Shown here piece by piece: positions 11,240-21,080 of a stretch of 64,000 nt of DNA. This DNA is from Clostridia bacterium (GTDB lineage: Bacteria > Bacillota > Clostridia > UBA1212 > DUPL01). The notes under the pieces were generated by a model, which saw nothing but the letters and a program-made list of their open reading frames with translations, was not told the origin of the DNA and searched no databases. A program made the translations under genes and the position numbers. Each line of letters opens with the position of its first letter. The stretch's first letter is position 1. Where the stretch lies: assembly GCA_050951325.1 (NCBI GenBank), contig JBMNIW010000003.1, forward strand, positions 128,001 to 192,000, read 5' to 3'.

Positions 11240-12774
11240 TTTCCAGTCCCCCTTTCAGCAAGTATCTGGGAGTATGTGTGTCCTGTCATCATAAGCCCCA
11301 AATCTTCTATTGTTACATCTTTTGGTTCAACCATACCCATTATTCTACCACCACATATTACCATTATTCTGTCACAGAGCTCCAAAAGTACATTTAGGTC
11401 CTCACCAATATACAGTACCGCAACTCCTTTTTTCTTCTGCTCATTCAACATGTCATAAATGACATACGATGAATTTATGTCAAGACCTCTTACAGGGTAA
11501 GCAGTAATCAAAAGTTGAGGACTGGAATTGATTTCCCTGCCCAAAAGTACTTTTTGCACATTTCCTCCGGACAGAAGCCTTATTGGATATTGAACGCCCT
11601 GGGTAACAATATCCAGATCCTCCACCATCTTCAAAGCCGTCTTTCTTGCAGGCTTTCTGCTTAACAGAAGTCCTTTTTGCCTTTTGTAATCTTTTAATAT
11701 AACATTGTCGACCATGTCCATGTTGGCCACAAGCCCCATGCCAAGTCTGTCCTCAGGGATAAAGCTCATACTTACTCCCAAATTAATAATCTCATTCGGA
11801 TTTAATCCAACTATGTTACGCCCCTTGAATTCTATAGATCCTTCGGCAACAGGATGCAGACCTGCAATCGCCTCGCATAGTTCCTTCTGCCCTGATCCTG
11901 CAACACCGGCAACACCTAGGATTTCACCGCCATCCAGCGCAAAGGACATGCCGTCAATTACCTTTACTCCATCTTCATCGAAAATTGTAAGGTTGTCCAC
12001 CTGTAGAACATCTTTTGTCTTGTCCTCAACAACAGGTCTTTCTATACTTAAATCAACACTATGACCCACCATGAGTTCAGTAAGTTCCTTGGCATTTGTT
12101 TGTTTTGTCTCAACAGTAGCAACACTCTCCCCTTTTCTCAGGATGGTTACTCTATCGCTAATCTCCATAACCTCATTCAGCTTGTGCGTAATTATGACGA
12201 TTGCACAGCCATCATCCCTGAGTTCCCTAAGAATTTCAAAAAGTTTGTCAATTTCCTGTGGAGTAAGAACAGCAGTTGGCTCATCCAGGATAAGAATTTT
12301 GGATTTCCTGAACAGCACCTTCATTATCTCAACAGTCTGCTTTTCACTTACGGACATCTGATAAATTTTCTTGTCCAAATTTATATTAAGGCCAAACCTG
12401 TTGCTCAGCTCTTCGATTTCTCTTGTAAGATTCTTTTGATTCTGCCTTATGGAACCGGACTGCCCCATGATTATGTTCTCTTTGGCAGAAAACACATCAA
12501 CCAGCTTAAAGTGCTGGTGTATCATTCCTATTCCGAGCTTGATTGCATCTTCAGGAGATTTTATGGTTACTTCCTCACCATTTATAATAATTGTGCCGCT
12601 ATCCGGAGTATATATTCCCGACAGTATGTTCATCAAGGTTGTCTTTCCAGATCCGTTCTCTCCCAGCAGAGCATGTATTTCTCCTTCTCTTACGGAAAAA
12701 TCAATATTCTTGTTTGCTACAACATTTCCAAATAGTTTTGTTATTCCACGCAGCTCAAACAGCACATTGTTCAC
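11236..12774 (-). CDS. ABC transporter ATP-binding protein, two ABC domains (CUT2/nucleoside type)
   Basis: GENGSGKT, LDEPT, LSGGNVQK. Start set at GTG 12774 after RBS AAAGGTGA, because the track start 12837 lies in a hairpin. Confidence 0.92.
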   Translation of the reverse strand: MNNVLFELRGITKLFGNVVANKNIDFSVREGEIHALLGENGSGKTTLMNILSGIYTPDSGTIIINGEEVTIKSPEDAIKLGIGMIHQHFKLVDVFSAKENIIMGQSGSIRQNQKNLTREIEELSNRFGLNINLDKKIYQMSVSEKQTVEIMKVLFRKSKILILDEPTAVLTPQEIDKLFEILRELRDDGCAIVIITHKLNEVMEISDRVTILRKGESVATVETKQTNAKELTELMVGHSVDLSIERPVVEDKTKDVLQVDNLTIFDEDGVKVIDGMSFALDGGEILGVAGVAGSGQKELCEAIAGLHPVAEGSIEFKGRNIVGLNPNEIINLGVSMSFIPEDRLGMGLVANMDMVDNVILKDYKRQKGLLLSRKPARKTALKMVEDLDIVTQGVQYPIRLLSGGNVQKVLLGREINSSPQLLITAYPVRGLDINSSYVIYDMLNEQKKKGVAVLYIGEDLNVLLELCDRIMVICGGRIMGMVEPKDVTIEDLGLMMTGHTYSQILAERGTGK

Positions 12775-12807
12775 TGAATCACCTTTATCACATATAATTA
12801 AAAAATT

Positions 12808-12840
12808 GAAAAAGCAATGCAAGATACAATCCTGCATTGC
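12808..12840 (-). terminator. Stem-loop/partial terminator between the BMP gene and the ATPase
   Basis: Minus strand GCAATGCAGG-loop-CTTGCATTGC followed by TTTTT. Confidence 0.6.
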
Positions 12841-12863
12841 ATGTCCCTCATATTGACTTTTTA

Positions 12864-13985
12864 TTAATCAATGGTTCCTACAACACCTTCTACAAACCAC
12901 ATCATGCTCAGAAGTTCTTCGTCTGTAAGCTTGGTGTCAGCTGTAACCTTGACGTTTCCATCCTGATCCTTAATTTCGTAGTTTGCAAAGACATCAAAGC
13001 TACCATCTTTGAATTTTGCAAGAACTTCGTCAACTTTAGCTTGTGTTCCTTCTGCAACATTGTCTGAAAGTGGTGCAATGTCAACAACGCCTTCCTTGAT
13101 TCCACCCCAGTATGCAACGCCTGGCTTCCATTCGCCATTGATTATATCCGTGAACTGTTGTTCGTAATATGCTTCAAGATTCCAGATAGCACTGGTGAGG
13201 TTGTACTCCTTGGAGGAAACAGCCATATCGCTATGGTATCCGATAGCCCACACTTTGTTTTCTCTGGCTGCAATCTGTGCAGCGTCGGTATCCTGATGCT
13301 GGGTGATAACGTCGCATCCTTCACTGATAAGTGTTTCTGCAGTGGATTTTTCAATGCTTGGGTTACCCCAGGTATTTGTCCACCTTACAATAACTTCTGC
13401 ATCTGGATTCACGCTTTTGACCCCCAGTGTGAATGCATTGATTCCACGAATAACTTCCGGGATTCCCACGGCTGCCACATATCCTATCTTGTTTGTCTCA
13501 GTCTTCAAACCTGCTACAATACCAGTGAGATATCTTGCCTGATACATTCTTCCGAAGAAGTTTGAGAAGTTTACATCATTCTTGTATTCTCCCGAGCAGT
13601 GCATGAAAATTATATCCTTGTATGCAGGATCGTTGGCCAGATCATTCATATACGTGCCGTATCCATAGCTTGTACCGATAATCACGTTGCATCCATTGGC
13701 AATAAGGCTCTCAAATACTTCCTTGCAGCTCTCGTCGTTGTCTGAGACCTCTTCTCTCTGAAGTATCTGGCTTTCCTTTATGCCAAGAGACTTGGCAGCA
13801 GCCATGATGCCCTTGTAGTGCTCAGTTGAAAATCCAACAGGTTCTGAAATGTTTCCAATGTATACAACACCAATTTTCAACTTGCTCACAGCGTCGCCAT
13901 CGCCATCATTGTCGCCTGTACAGCCGGAAAAGACAGACAGTGCCATGACAATTGCTACCATTACCAAAATCATTTTCTTGTACAT
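12864..13985 (-). CDS. BMP family ABC transporter substrate-binding lipoprotein (purine nucleoside-like)
   Basis: Lipobox FSGC, GTSYGY, YLTGIVAG, EVIRGINAF, GCDVITQH. Start ATG 13985. Confidence 0.9.
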   Translation of the reverse strand: MYKKMILVMVAIVMALSVFSGCTGDNDGDGDAVSKLKIGVVYIGNISEPVGFSTEHYKGIMAAAKSLGIKESQILQREEVSDNDESCKEVFESLIANGCNVIIGTSYGYGTYMNDLANDPAYKDIIFMHCSGEYKNDVNFSNFFGRMYQARYLTGIVAGLKTETNKIGYVAAVGIPEVIRGINAFTLGVKSVNPDAEVIVRWTNTWGNPSIEKSTAETLISEGCDVITQHQDTDAAQIAARENKVWAIGYHSDMAVSSKEYNLTSAIWNLEAYYEQQFTDIINGEWKPGVAYWGGIKEGVVDIAPLSDNVAEGTQAKVDEVLAKFKDGSFDVFANYEIKDQDGNVKVTADTKLTDEELLSMMWFVEGVVGTID

Positions 13986-14161
13986 AGATTTAACCCCCAA
14001 ATTAATATGTGTATAAACATAATACTGACATTGCTCTGTCAGACTAAATTAGTTTACTACACGAGGTTGTAAATTGCAATGGTATTTACTAAATCTTTTT
14101 TATGGGATATAATAAGGTGTTATGTTTAACATACATCTTAATATATCGGAGGTAAAACAAA

Positions 14162-15547
14162 TTGAAATGTGATGTGGCAATCATCGGCGGAGGAACTGCC
14201 GGAATAATGGCTTCATATGAATTAAACAAGAACATACCAAACCTTGACATACTTATTATAGAACAAGGCAAACCTATTTATGAAAGAAAATGCCCCATAG
14301 TACAGAACATAACAAGAAACTGCATTTCCTGTGCAAACTGCGGCATCATGAACGGCTTCGGAGGTGCTGGCGCCTTTTCGGATGGTAAATTCAATTTCAC
14401 TACTGAATTTGGAGGATGGCTTCACGATTACCTTCCAAGGGAAAAGGTAATGGAGCTCATTGAATATGCAGACAGCATCAATGTGTCCTTCGGTGCAACC
14501 ACCGAAAGATACTCAACATACTCTGACAAGGCACGAGAACTAGAAAAGAAGGCATTGCATAACGACTTGCACCTGCTAATGGCTTCGGTAAAGCATCTGG
14601 GCACTGAAAACAACCTAAGAATACTTAAGAGCATGTACGACTACCTCGTCGAGAAGATAAACATTAAATGCAATACATCCGTCGAATCCATCAGCGTAAA
14701 TCCTGACGGCACTTTCAACCTTCAGTTGTCCGATGGCGAGACGGTTACCTGCAAGTACCTGATTGCCTCCCCTGGCAGATCAGGCGCGGAATGGTTTGCT
14801 TCCCAGGCAGAGAAACTGGGAATAAAACTCATCAACAACCAGGTTGACATTGGTGTCAGAGTTGAGCTTCCTGCAAAGGTTTTCGAAGATATAACAAATG
14901 TTGTATACGAGGCAAAGCTTGTTTACAGAACGAAGCAGTACGGCGACAACGTAAGAACCTTCTGCATGAATCCGTACGGTCATGTAGTAACTGAAAACGT
15001 TGACGGTCTTATCACTGTAAACGGACACAGCTACAGTGACGAGAAACTGAGAAGCGAGAACACCAACTTTGCACTGCTTGTCAGCAACAGGTTTACAAAA
15101 CCTTTTAATGAGCCTTATCAGTATGGAAAGAGAATTGCATCCCTGTCCAACATGCTGGGCGGAGGTGTTCTGGTCCAAAGATTTGGAGATCTCATAAAGG
15201 GTGTTCGTTCAAACGAGCACAGGATGAGCCAGAGCTTTACAAGGCCGACCCTTAACGCAACTCCTGGCGATTTGAGTCTGGCTCTGCCAAAAAGACATCT
15301 TGACAACATAATTGAGATGCTTTTTGCCCTTGACAAAATTGCTCCAGGTACTGCAAATCATGACACACTGTTATATGGTGTAGAAGTAAAATTCTACAGC
15401 GCTAGAATATCATTGAGTGAGATGCTTGAAACGCCAATACCAAACTTCTTTGCTTGCGGAGACGGCGCAGGAGTAACAAGAGGTCTGTCCCAGGCTGCAG
15501 CCAGCGGTATTTACGTTGCAAGAAATATAATTGATAGAATTCAATAA
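14162..15547 (+). CDS. NAD(P)/FAD-dependent oxidoreductase (uncharacterised family)
   Basis: GGGTAG Rossmann motif, GGAGAFSDGK, Cys cluster C-X7-C-X2-C-X2-C, C-terminal GDGAG; RBS GGAGG. Confidence 0.85.
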   Translation: MKCDVAIIGGGTAGIMASYELNKNIPNLDILIIEQGKPIYERKCPIVQNITRNCISCANCGIMNGFGGAGAFSDGKFNFTTEFGGWLHDYLPREKVMELIEYADSINVSFGATTERYSTYSDKARELEKKALHNDLHLLMASVKHLGTENNLRILKSMYDYLVEKINIKCNTSVESISVNPDGTFNLQLSDGETVTCKYLIASPGRSGAEWFASQAEKLGIKLINNQVDIGVRVELPAKVFEDITNVVYEAKLVYRTKQYGDNVRTFCMNPYGHVVTENVDGLITVNGHSYSDEKLRSENTNFALLVSNRFTKPFNEPYQYGKRIASLSNMLGGGVLVQRFGDLIKGVRSNEHRMSQSFTRPTLNATPGDLSLALPKRHLDNIIEMLFALDKIAPGTANHDTLLYGVEVKFYSARISLSEMLETPIPNFFACGDGAGVTRGLSQAAASGIYVARNIIDRIQ

Positions 15548-15572
15548 ACATATATTTTATGGAGGTAATAAA

Positions 15573-16838
15573 ATGCAAGAACTTGTTAACAACTTGAACC
15601 ATCCATCAAGGGAAACAAGACTGGAATCATTAAGAGAACTTATGAAGATGGTTGAAGATGGGAAAACTCCGAAACCAGACATGGGAAACGACGTCAACAA
15701 CCATATTCATACGACATATTCCTTCTCACCCTACTCCCCTACCAAGGCAGTATGGATGGCTTATATGGCAGGTCTAAAGACAGCTGGAATAATGGACCAT
15801 GATTCCTTGAGCGGTGCAAAGGAATTCATAGAAGCTGGCAAAATCGTGGGAATGATGACCACCATCGGCGTTGAATGCAGAGCCGACATGTCAAAGACAC
15901 GACTCAACGGCCTTAGAATAAACAACCCTGATCAGAAGAGTGTGGCATACATGGCACTGCATGGAATACCCCATCAGAACATAGACACTGTCGTTGAGTT
16001 CTTCAAGCCTTACACGGCTCACAGAAATACAAGAAACAGAAAAATGACAGAGAACATAAACAAGATATTTGCGCCATACGAAATATCCATGGATTATGAC
16101 AAGGATGTACTCCCCCTTTCCATGAACCATGACAATGGTTCGGTTACGGAAAGACACCTTCTGTTTGCTCTTTCCAAAAAGATTACGGACAAGTTTGGAA
16201 AAGGTCAGAAAGTCGTTGATTTCCTAAAAAATGAACTCAATCTGAACCTATCAAAGAAAGTCGAGAATTATCTACTTCAGGAAGACAATGATGTTTATGA
16301 ATACGACCTCTTGGGAGCATTAAAGAGCGATTTGGTTGAAAAATTCTATATCGATGCAACCGATGAATGCCCCGATGTAAGGGATGTTATTGAATTGGGA
16401 AGAAAAGTTGGGGCAATTTCAGCCTATGCGTATCTTGGTGACGTGGGAGACTCTGTAACTGGTGACAAAAAGACACAGAAGTTTGAAGACGACTATATCG
16501 ATTTGCTTTTTGATGTTATCGACGAGCTTGATTTCAATGCAGTTACTTACATGCCTTCAAGAAACACAATGGAGCAGCTTAAGACTGTACGCACTTACTG
16601 CGACAAGTACAATCTGTTCCAGATAAGCGGAGAAGACATCAACTCCCCAAGACAGTCCTTCATATGCGAAGCACAGCGTAATCCAGAGTTTGCAAATCTC
16701 TACGATGCAACGCTTGCTTTGATCAACCATGAGAAAGCTGCTACTGAGAATATTGAGAATGCAATGTTTTCAGAAAAGACAATTAAGAAATATCCGGATA
16801 TAAAAGAAAGAATTCAGGTATACAAGAACATGAATTAG
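15573..16838 (+). CDS. PHP domain metallophosphoesterase-like protein
   Basis: NHIHTTYS, DHD, GVE and SGED motifs; RBS GGAGG before ATG 15573. Confidence 0.8.
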   Translation: MQELVNNLNHPSRETRLESLRELMKMVEDGKTPKPDMGNDVNNHIHTTYSFSPYSPTKAVWMAYMAGLKTAGIMDHDSLSGAKEFIEAGKIVGMMTTIGVECRADMSKTRLNGLRINNPDQKSVAYMALHGIPHQNIDTVVEFFKPYTAHRNTRNRKMTENINKIFAPYEISMDYDKDVLPLSMNHDNGSVTERHLLFALSKKITDKFGKGQKVVDFLKNELNLNLSKKVENYLLQEDNDVYEYDLLGALKSDLVEKFYIDATDECPDVRDVIELGRKVGAISAYAYLGDVGDSVTGDKKTQKFEDDYIDLLFDVIDELDFNAVTYMPSRNTMEQLKTVRTYCDKYNLFQISGEDINSPRQSFICEAQRNPEFANLYDATLALINHEKAATENIENAMFSEKTIKKYPDIKERIQVYKNMN

Positions 16839-16871
16839 AAAGTGGCAGGGATTAAACCCTGCCACTCTTTA
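16838..16871. terminator. Bidirectional intrinsic terminator between convergent genes
   Basis: AGTGGCAGGG-attaaa-CCCTGCCACT, a perfect 10-bp stem. Confidence 0.8.
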
Positions 16872-19064
16872 TTCTGTCTCATTAAGCAAAGACATCTGCT
16901 GTATCTCCCTATCGTGAGCTTTTATAAAAGGTCCTGCTGCGGGAATGTTTTTCACTCTGTATACTTTCGGATCCTTGAAGGACGTCTCGGAAACCTTCTT
17001 CATGCTCTGCAGAACACAGCCTTTCCTAAGCCTCATTACCTGAACACCCTGGGAGCTTCTTGTTGTTTTTAGCGGAATCATGCTTGAGTTTATAACCAGT
17101 GCCCTGTCATTAGAACTTACAAGAGCTATATCCAGATCCTCATGGGTGAATATGACATCCACCAAAGGAGCACTGGAACCGTAGGCGTTGAGAAGCTTTC
17201 TTCTGTTTGTTTTTGTCTCGTAGCTGTTTAGAGGTATTTTTGATACCTTTCCATTCTCATACGCAAACAGAATAAAACCTGCATAGTTGTCGGTTACTAT
17301 CATATAATGGATTTTCTCATCATCATCCATTTCAAGAATATTTGGCAGATACTCTCCGAGACTGCTGGCCTTGCAATCCGGCAACTCATGCAGCTTGCAC
17401 TTGTACACCACCTGCTTGTTTGATACAAATATTATGTCCGATTTGTTGTGCCACTCCATCTCCTGGACAATGAAGTCTTCATCCTTCAACTTCTGATCAG
17501 ATGCGGAACGCAAAGATACAAGCGGTATCTTCTTGAAGTAGCTGTCGTTAGTGAGGAAAACCTTCAAGTTGTAATCGTCAATCATTTCCTCTTCTTCTAC
17601 AACCACAACTTCGTCCTCATGCATTAAATCGGTTCTTCTGGGTTTACCATGTTTCTTGGCAACTTCCTGGAGCTTTGTTTTAATAAGCTCCTTAATCTTC
17701 TTATCGCTTCCTAGTGTATCCTTTAAATCATTTATGTCATTTATAAGGTTCTCAATCTCGCTGACCTTGTCTAGGATATATTCCTTATTCAGATTTCTGA
17801 GTTTTATCTCGGCTATAAAATTTGCCTGAATCTCGTCAATACCGAACCCCCACATAAGGTTAGGTATAACCAGGGCGTCGGTCTCTGTCTCCCTTATAAT
17901 CTTTATAGCCTTGTCAATGTCAAGCAGTATCTTTTCGAGACCTCTTAACAAATGAAGCCTGTTTTCCTTTGTTTTAATTTCATTAGCAAGCTTCCTTTTC
18001 ATGCAGACAATTCTGAATTCAATCCACTCAAGCAGCAGCTGGCGGACTCCCAACAGCTGTGGCTTGCCTTTAATAAGTACGTTGAAGTTGCATGAAAACG
18101 TATCCTGTAGTGGCGTCATCATGTACAGCTTGTTCATTAAATCGTCAGGGTTTGTGTTTCTCTTTATGTCAATGGTAAGCTTCAAACCCTTCAAATCCGT
18201 TTCGTCACGTATGTCAACAACTTCTTTGATCTTGTTGGTCTTGACCAAATCGGATACTGAATCTATTATGGCTTCCACTGTTGTGGTGTATGGAATCTCA
18301 TACACGTCTATGCAGTTGTTCTTCTTGTCATACTTGTACTTGCTTCTGACTTTTATGGGGCCCTTGCCTGTCTCAATAATTCTATTCATATCCCTCTTGT
18401 TATATATCACAATGCCACCAGTTGAGAAATCAGGAGCCTTTATTATCTTCAACAAATTCTCCTCAGGATTGTCAATCAGGGCGCTTGTTGCCTCGCATAT
18501 TTCAACCAGGTTGAAGCTGCATATGTTTGTAGCCATTCCAACCGCAAGTCCCTGGTTTGAGTTGACAAGAATGGTGGGAAAAGTGACGGGAAACAGTGTG
18601 GGCTCCTTCATGGTGCCGTCGTAGTTGTCCACAAAGTCCACCGTATCCTTGTCCAATTCGCCAAACAACTCGGTACATAACTTGTCAAGCTTTACTTCCG
18701 TATACCTTGCTGCGGCAAAAGCCATGTCCCTTGAATAAACTTTGCCAAAGGATCCCTTTGAATCAACGTAAGGATGCAAGAGAGCCTCATTGCCTTTTGT
18801 CATCCTTACAAGAGTTTCATAAATAGCCATGTCGCCATGAGGGTTCAGTTTCATTGTCTCACCAACAACGTTGGCCGACTTTGTCCTAGGACCGTTAAGT
18901 AGTCCCATCTTGTACATTGTATACAAAAGCTTCCTGTGAGAAGGCTTAAATCCATCTATTTCAGGAATTGCCCTTGAGACAATGACGCTCATGGCATAGG
19001 GCATGTAATTTGATTCCAATGTTTCTGATATCTTTTGTTCAATATATAACTTATTATCTGCCAT
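16869..19064 (-). CDS. Type IIA topoisomerase subunit A (GyrA/ParC-like; likely the second, Topo IV-like enzyme)
   Basis: DGFKPSHR, PHGD, AAARYT catalytic Tyr; short C-terminal domain with no QRRGGKG GyrA box. Confidence 0.9.
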   Translation of the reverse strand: MADNKLYIEQKISETLESNYMPYAMSVIVSRAIPEIDGFKPSHRKLLYTMYKMGLLNGPRTKSANVVGETMKLNPHGDMAIYETLVRMTKGNEALLHPYVDSKGSFGKVYSRDMAFAAARYTEVKLDKLCTELFGELDKDTVDFVDNYDGTMKEPTLFPVTFPTILVNSNQGLAVGMATNICSFNLVEICEATSALIDNPEENLLKIIKAPDFSTGGIVIYNKRDMNRIIETGKGPIKVRSKYKYDKKNNCIDVYEIPYTTTVEAIIDSVSDLVKTNKIKEVVDIRDETDLKGLKLTIDIKRNTNPDDLMNKLYMMTPLQDTFSCNFNVLIKGKPQLLGVRQLLLEWIEFRIVCMKRKLANEIKTKENRLHLLRGLEKILLDIDKAIKIIRETETDALVIPNLMWGFGIDEIQANFIAEIKLRNLNKEYILDKVSEIENLINDINDLKDTLGSDKKIKELIKTKLQEVAKKHGKPRRTDLMHEDEVVVVEEEEMIDDYNLKVFLTNDSYFKKIPLVSLRSASDQKLKDEDFIVQEMEWHNKSDIIFVSNKQVVYKCKLHELPDCKASSLGEYLPNILEMDDDEKIHYMIVTDNYAGFILFAYENGKVSKIPLNSYETKTNRRKLLNAYGSSAPLVDVIFTHEDLDIALVSSNDRALVINSSMIPLKTTRSSQGVQVMRLRKGCVLQSMKKVSETSFKDPKVYRVKNIPAAGPFIKAHDREIQQMSLLNETE

Positions 19065-19076
19065 TTAAACCTTCCT

Positions 19077-21044
19077 CTACATTAAATCCAGATGATCCAT
19101 AAACAGATGTCCATTCTCCTCGATATGCCTCTTTCTTTCATCCAAATTGTCACCAAGAAGCATGTCAAAGTAGTAGTTTGTCCTCTCGACATCCTCCATT
19201 ACCACTTTAATGAGCCTTCGGGTCTCAGGATTCATTGTGGTCTGCCACATCATTTCGGGTTCATTCTCACCCAGTCCCTTAGAACGCTGTATTGTGTACT
19301 TTCCATCCAGTTTTGAAATTATCTCGTTCTTTTCTCGCTCATTGTATGCAAAATACGTCTTGTTTTTGCAATTTATCTCAAATAGCGGCGACTCTGCTAT
19401 GAACACCTTTCCTTCTTTTATGAGAGTGGGCATAAGCCTGTAAATCATGGCCAGGACCAGTGTTCTTATCTGATAGCCATCCACGTCCGCATCGGTACAT
19501 ATGATTATCTTGCTCCATCTTAAAGCATCCAAATCAAAGGTGGACAAATCCTTGTTAAACTTTGATTTTACCTCGACGCCACATCCAAGAACCTTTATCA
19601 GATCCACAATGACGTCACTCTTGAATATTCTTCCGTAATCCGCCTTTAAACAGTTAAGGATCTTACCTCTTATGGGCATTATTGCCTGAAATTCCGAATC
19701 CCTTCCCAGTTTTACACTACCGAGAGCAGAATCACCCTCAACTATATATAACTCCCTTTTATCTATGTCTCTCGTCCTGCAGTCAACAAACTTTTTGACC
19801 CTGTTGGTTATGTCAATATTTCCTGAAAGTTTCTTCCTAATGTTAATCCTTTGCTTTTCAGCCATTTCACGGCTTCTCTTGTTAACCAAAACCTGTTCAA
19901 TAATTTTATCTGCTTCGGCCTTGTTTTCAATGAAATATATTTCAAGATTTTGTTTGATAAATTCAGTCATTGCTTCCTGAATAAATTTGTTGTTAATAGC
20001 TTTTTTGGTTTGGTTCTCGTAACTAGTCATTGTTGAAAAGGAGTTGGTTACAATAATCAAACTGTCCTGAATATCCGCAAAGGTTACTTTTGATTCATCC
20101 TTTTGATATTTTCCTTCACTTTTGATGTACTTGTCTATCTCACTAACAAAGGCATTCCTGACAGCCTTCTCCGGCGAACCGCCATTTTCAAGATAGCTGG
20201 AGTTGTGGTAGTATTCAATCAAGTTCACATGGTTGTTGAAACAGAAGGCAATCTGCATTTTAACCTTGTACTCGGGCTTGTCTGCCCTGTCCCTTCCTGC
20301 TGTTTGATGCTCGTAATATTGAATGGAAGTGAATTCCTTGCCCTGAGTGATTTCCTCCACATATGTGACTATTCCTTTGGGATATATATATTCAAAATGC
20401 TGATTTGATTCTTCATCATACAATTTGAACTTGACACCTGCGTTTACAACGGCCTGCTTTTTTAATACAGTCTGAAAAAACTCCAAAGGTATGTTTATAT
20501 CCGTAAAAACGTCAAGATCAGGCTTCCATTTTTGAATGGTACCTGAATGTTTGTAGTCGTATTTTTCCTTTTTCAGACCGCCTATGTTGATGCCTTTTTC
20601 AAAATGAAGCTCGTATTTGTAACCATCCTTGAAAACGGTCACATCCATGTACTCTGATGTGTATTGCGTAGCACAGGCACCAAGACCGTTAAGACCCAGA
20701 CTGAACTCGTAGTTGATGCCCTGGTTTGTTTTGTATTTTCCTCCTGCGTACAGTTCGCAATAGACCAGTTCCCAGTTGTATCTCTTTTCCTTCTCGTTGT
20801 AATCGACGGGACATCCGCGTCCGTAGTCGCGCACTTCAATTGAGCGATCCTTAAAACGAGTAACTTCGATGACATCTCCGAAGCCTTCACGGGCTTCATC
20901 GATTGAGTTGGCCAAAATTTCTATAAAGGTGTGCTGGCAACCCTCAAGTCCGTCGGACCCGAGGATTGCTGCTGGACGGAGTCTTACTCTGTCCGCTCCC
21001 TTTAGAGAAGAGATGCTGTCATTACCGTATTCTTTTTGCGCCAT
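19077..21044 (-). CDS. Type IIA topoisomerase subunit B (GyrB/ParE-like)
   Basis: GHKL motifs (EILANSIDE, DYGRG), Toprim EGDSA, PIRGKILN, DADVDG, SKGLGE. Confidence 0.92.
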   Translation of the reverse strand: MAQKEYGNDSISSLKGADRVRLRPAAILGSDGLEGCQHTFIEILANSIDEAREGFGDVIEVTRFKDRSIEVRDYGRGCPVDYNEKEKRYNWELVYCELYAGGKYKTNQGINYEFSLGLNGLGACATQYTSEYMDVTVFKDGYKYELHFEKGINIGGLKKEKYDYKHSGTIQKWKPDLDVFTDINIPLEFFQTVLKKQAVVNAGVKFKLYDEESNQHFEYIYPKGIVTYVEEITQGKEFTSIQYYEHQTAGRDRADKPEYKVKMQIAFCFNNHVNLIEYYHNSSYLENGGSPEKAVRNAFVSEIDKYIKSEGKYQKDESKVTFADIQDSLIIVTNSFSTMTSYENQTKKAINNKFIQEAMTEFIKQNLEIYFIENKAEADKIIEQVLVNKRSREMAEKQRINIRKKLSGNIDITNRVKKFVDCRTRDIDKRELYIVEGDSALGSVKLGRDSEFQAIMPIRGKILNCLKADYGRIFKSDVIVDLIKVLGCGVEVKSKFNKDLSTFDLDALRWSKIIICTDADVDGYQIRTLVLAMIYRLMPTLIKEGKVFIAESPLFEINCKNKTYFAYNEREKNEIISKLDGKYTIQRSKGLGENEPEMMWQTTMNPETRRLIKVVMEDVERTNYYFDMLLGDNLDERKRHIEENGHLFMDHLDLM

Positions 21045-21080
21045 TAATACTCATACACCCTTTCTCTTTTCTTTTGTATA

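Noticed and set aside
12061-12735. Long antisense ORFs (also 18001-18624, 31109-31747, 46522-47196, 50043-50678, 57299-57958)
   Set aside because: Shadows of well-supported genes on the opposite strand, with no recognisable motifs.
14000-14160. Purine riboswitch upstream of the nucleoside ABC operon
   Set aside because: The conserved aptamer core and an expression-platform terminator were not found.
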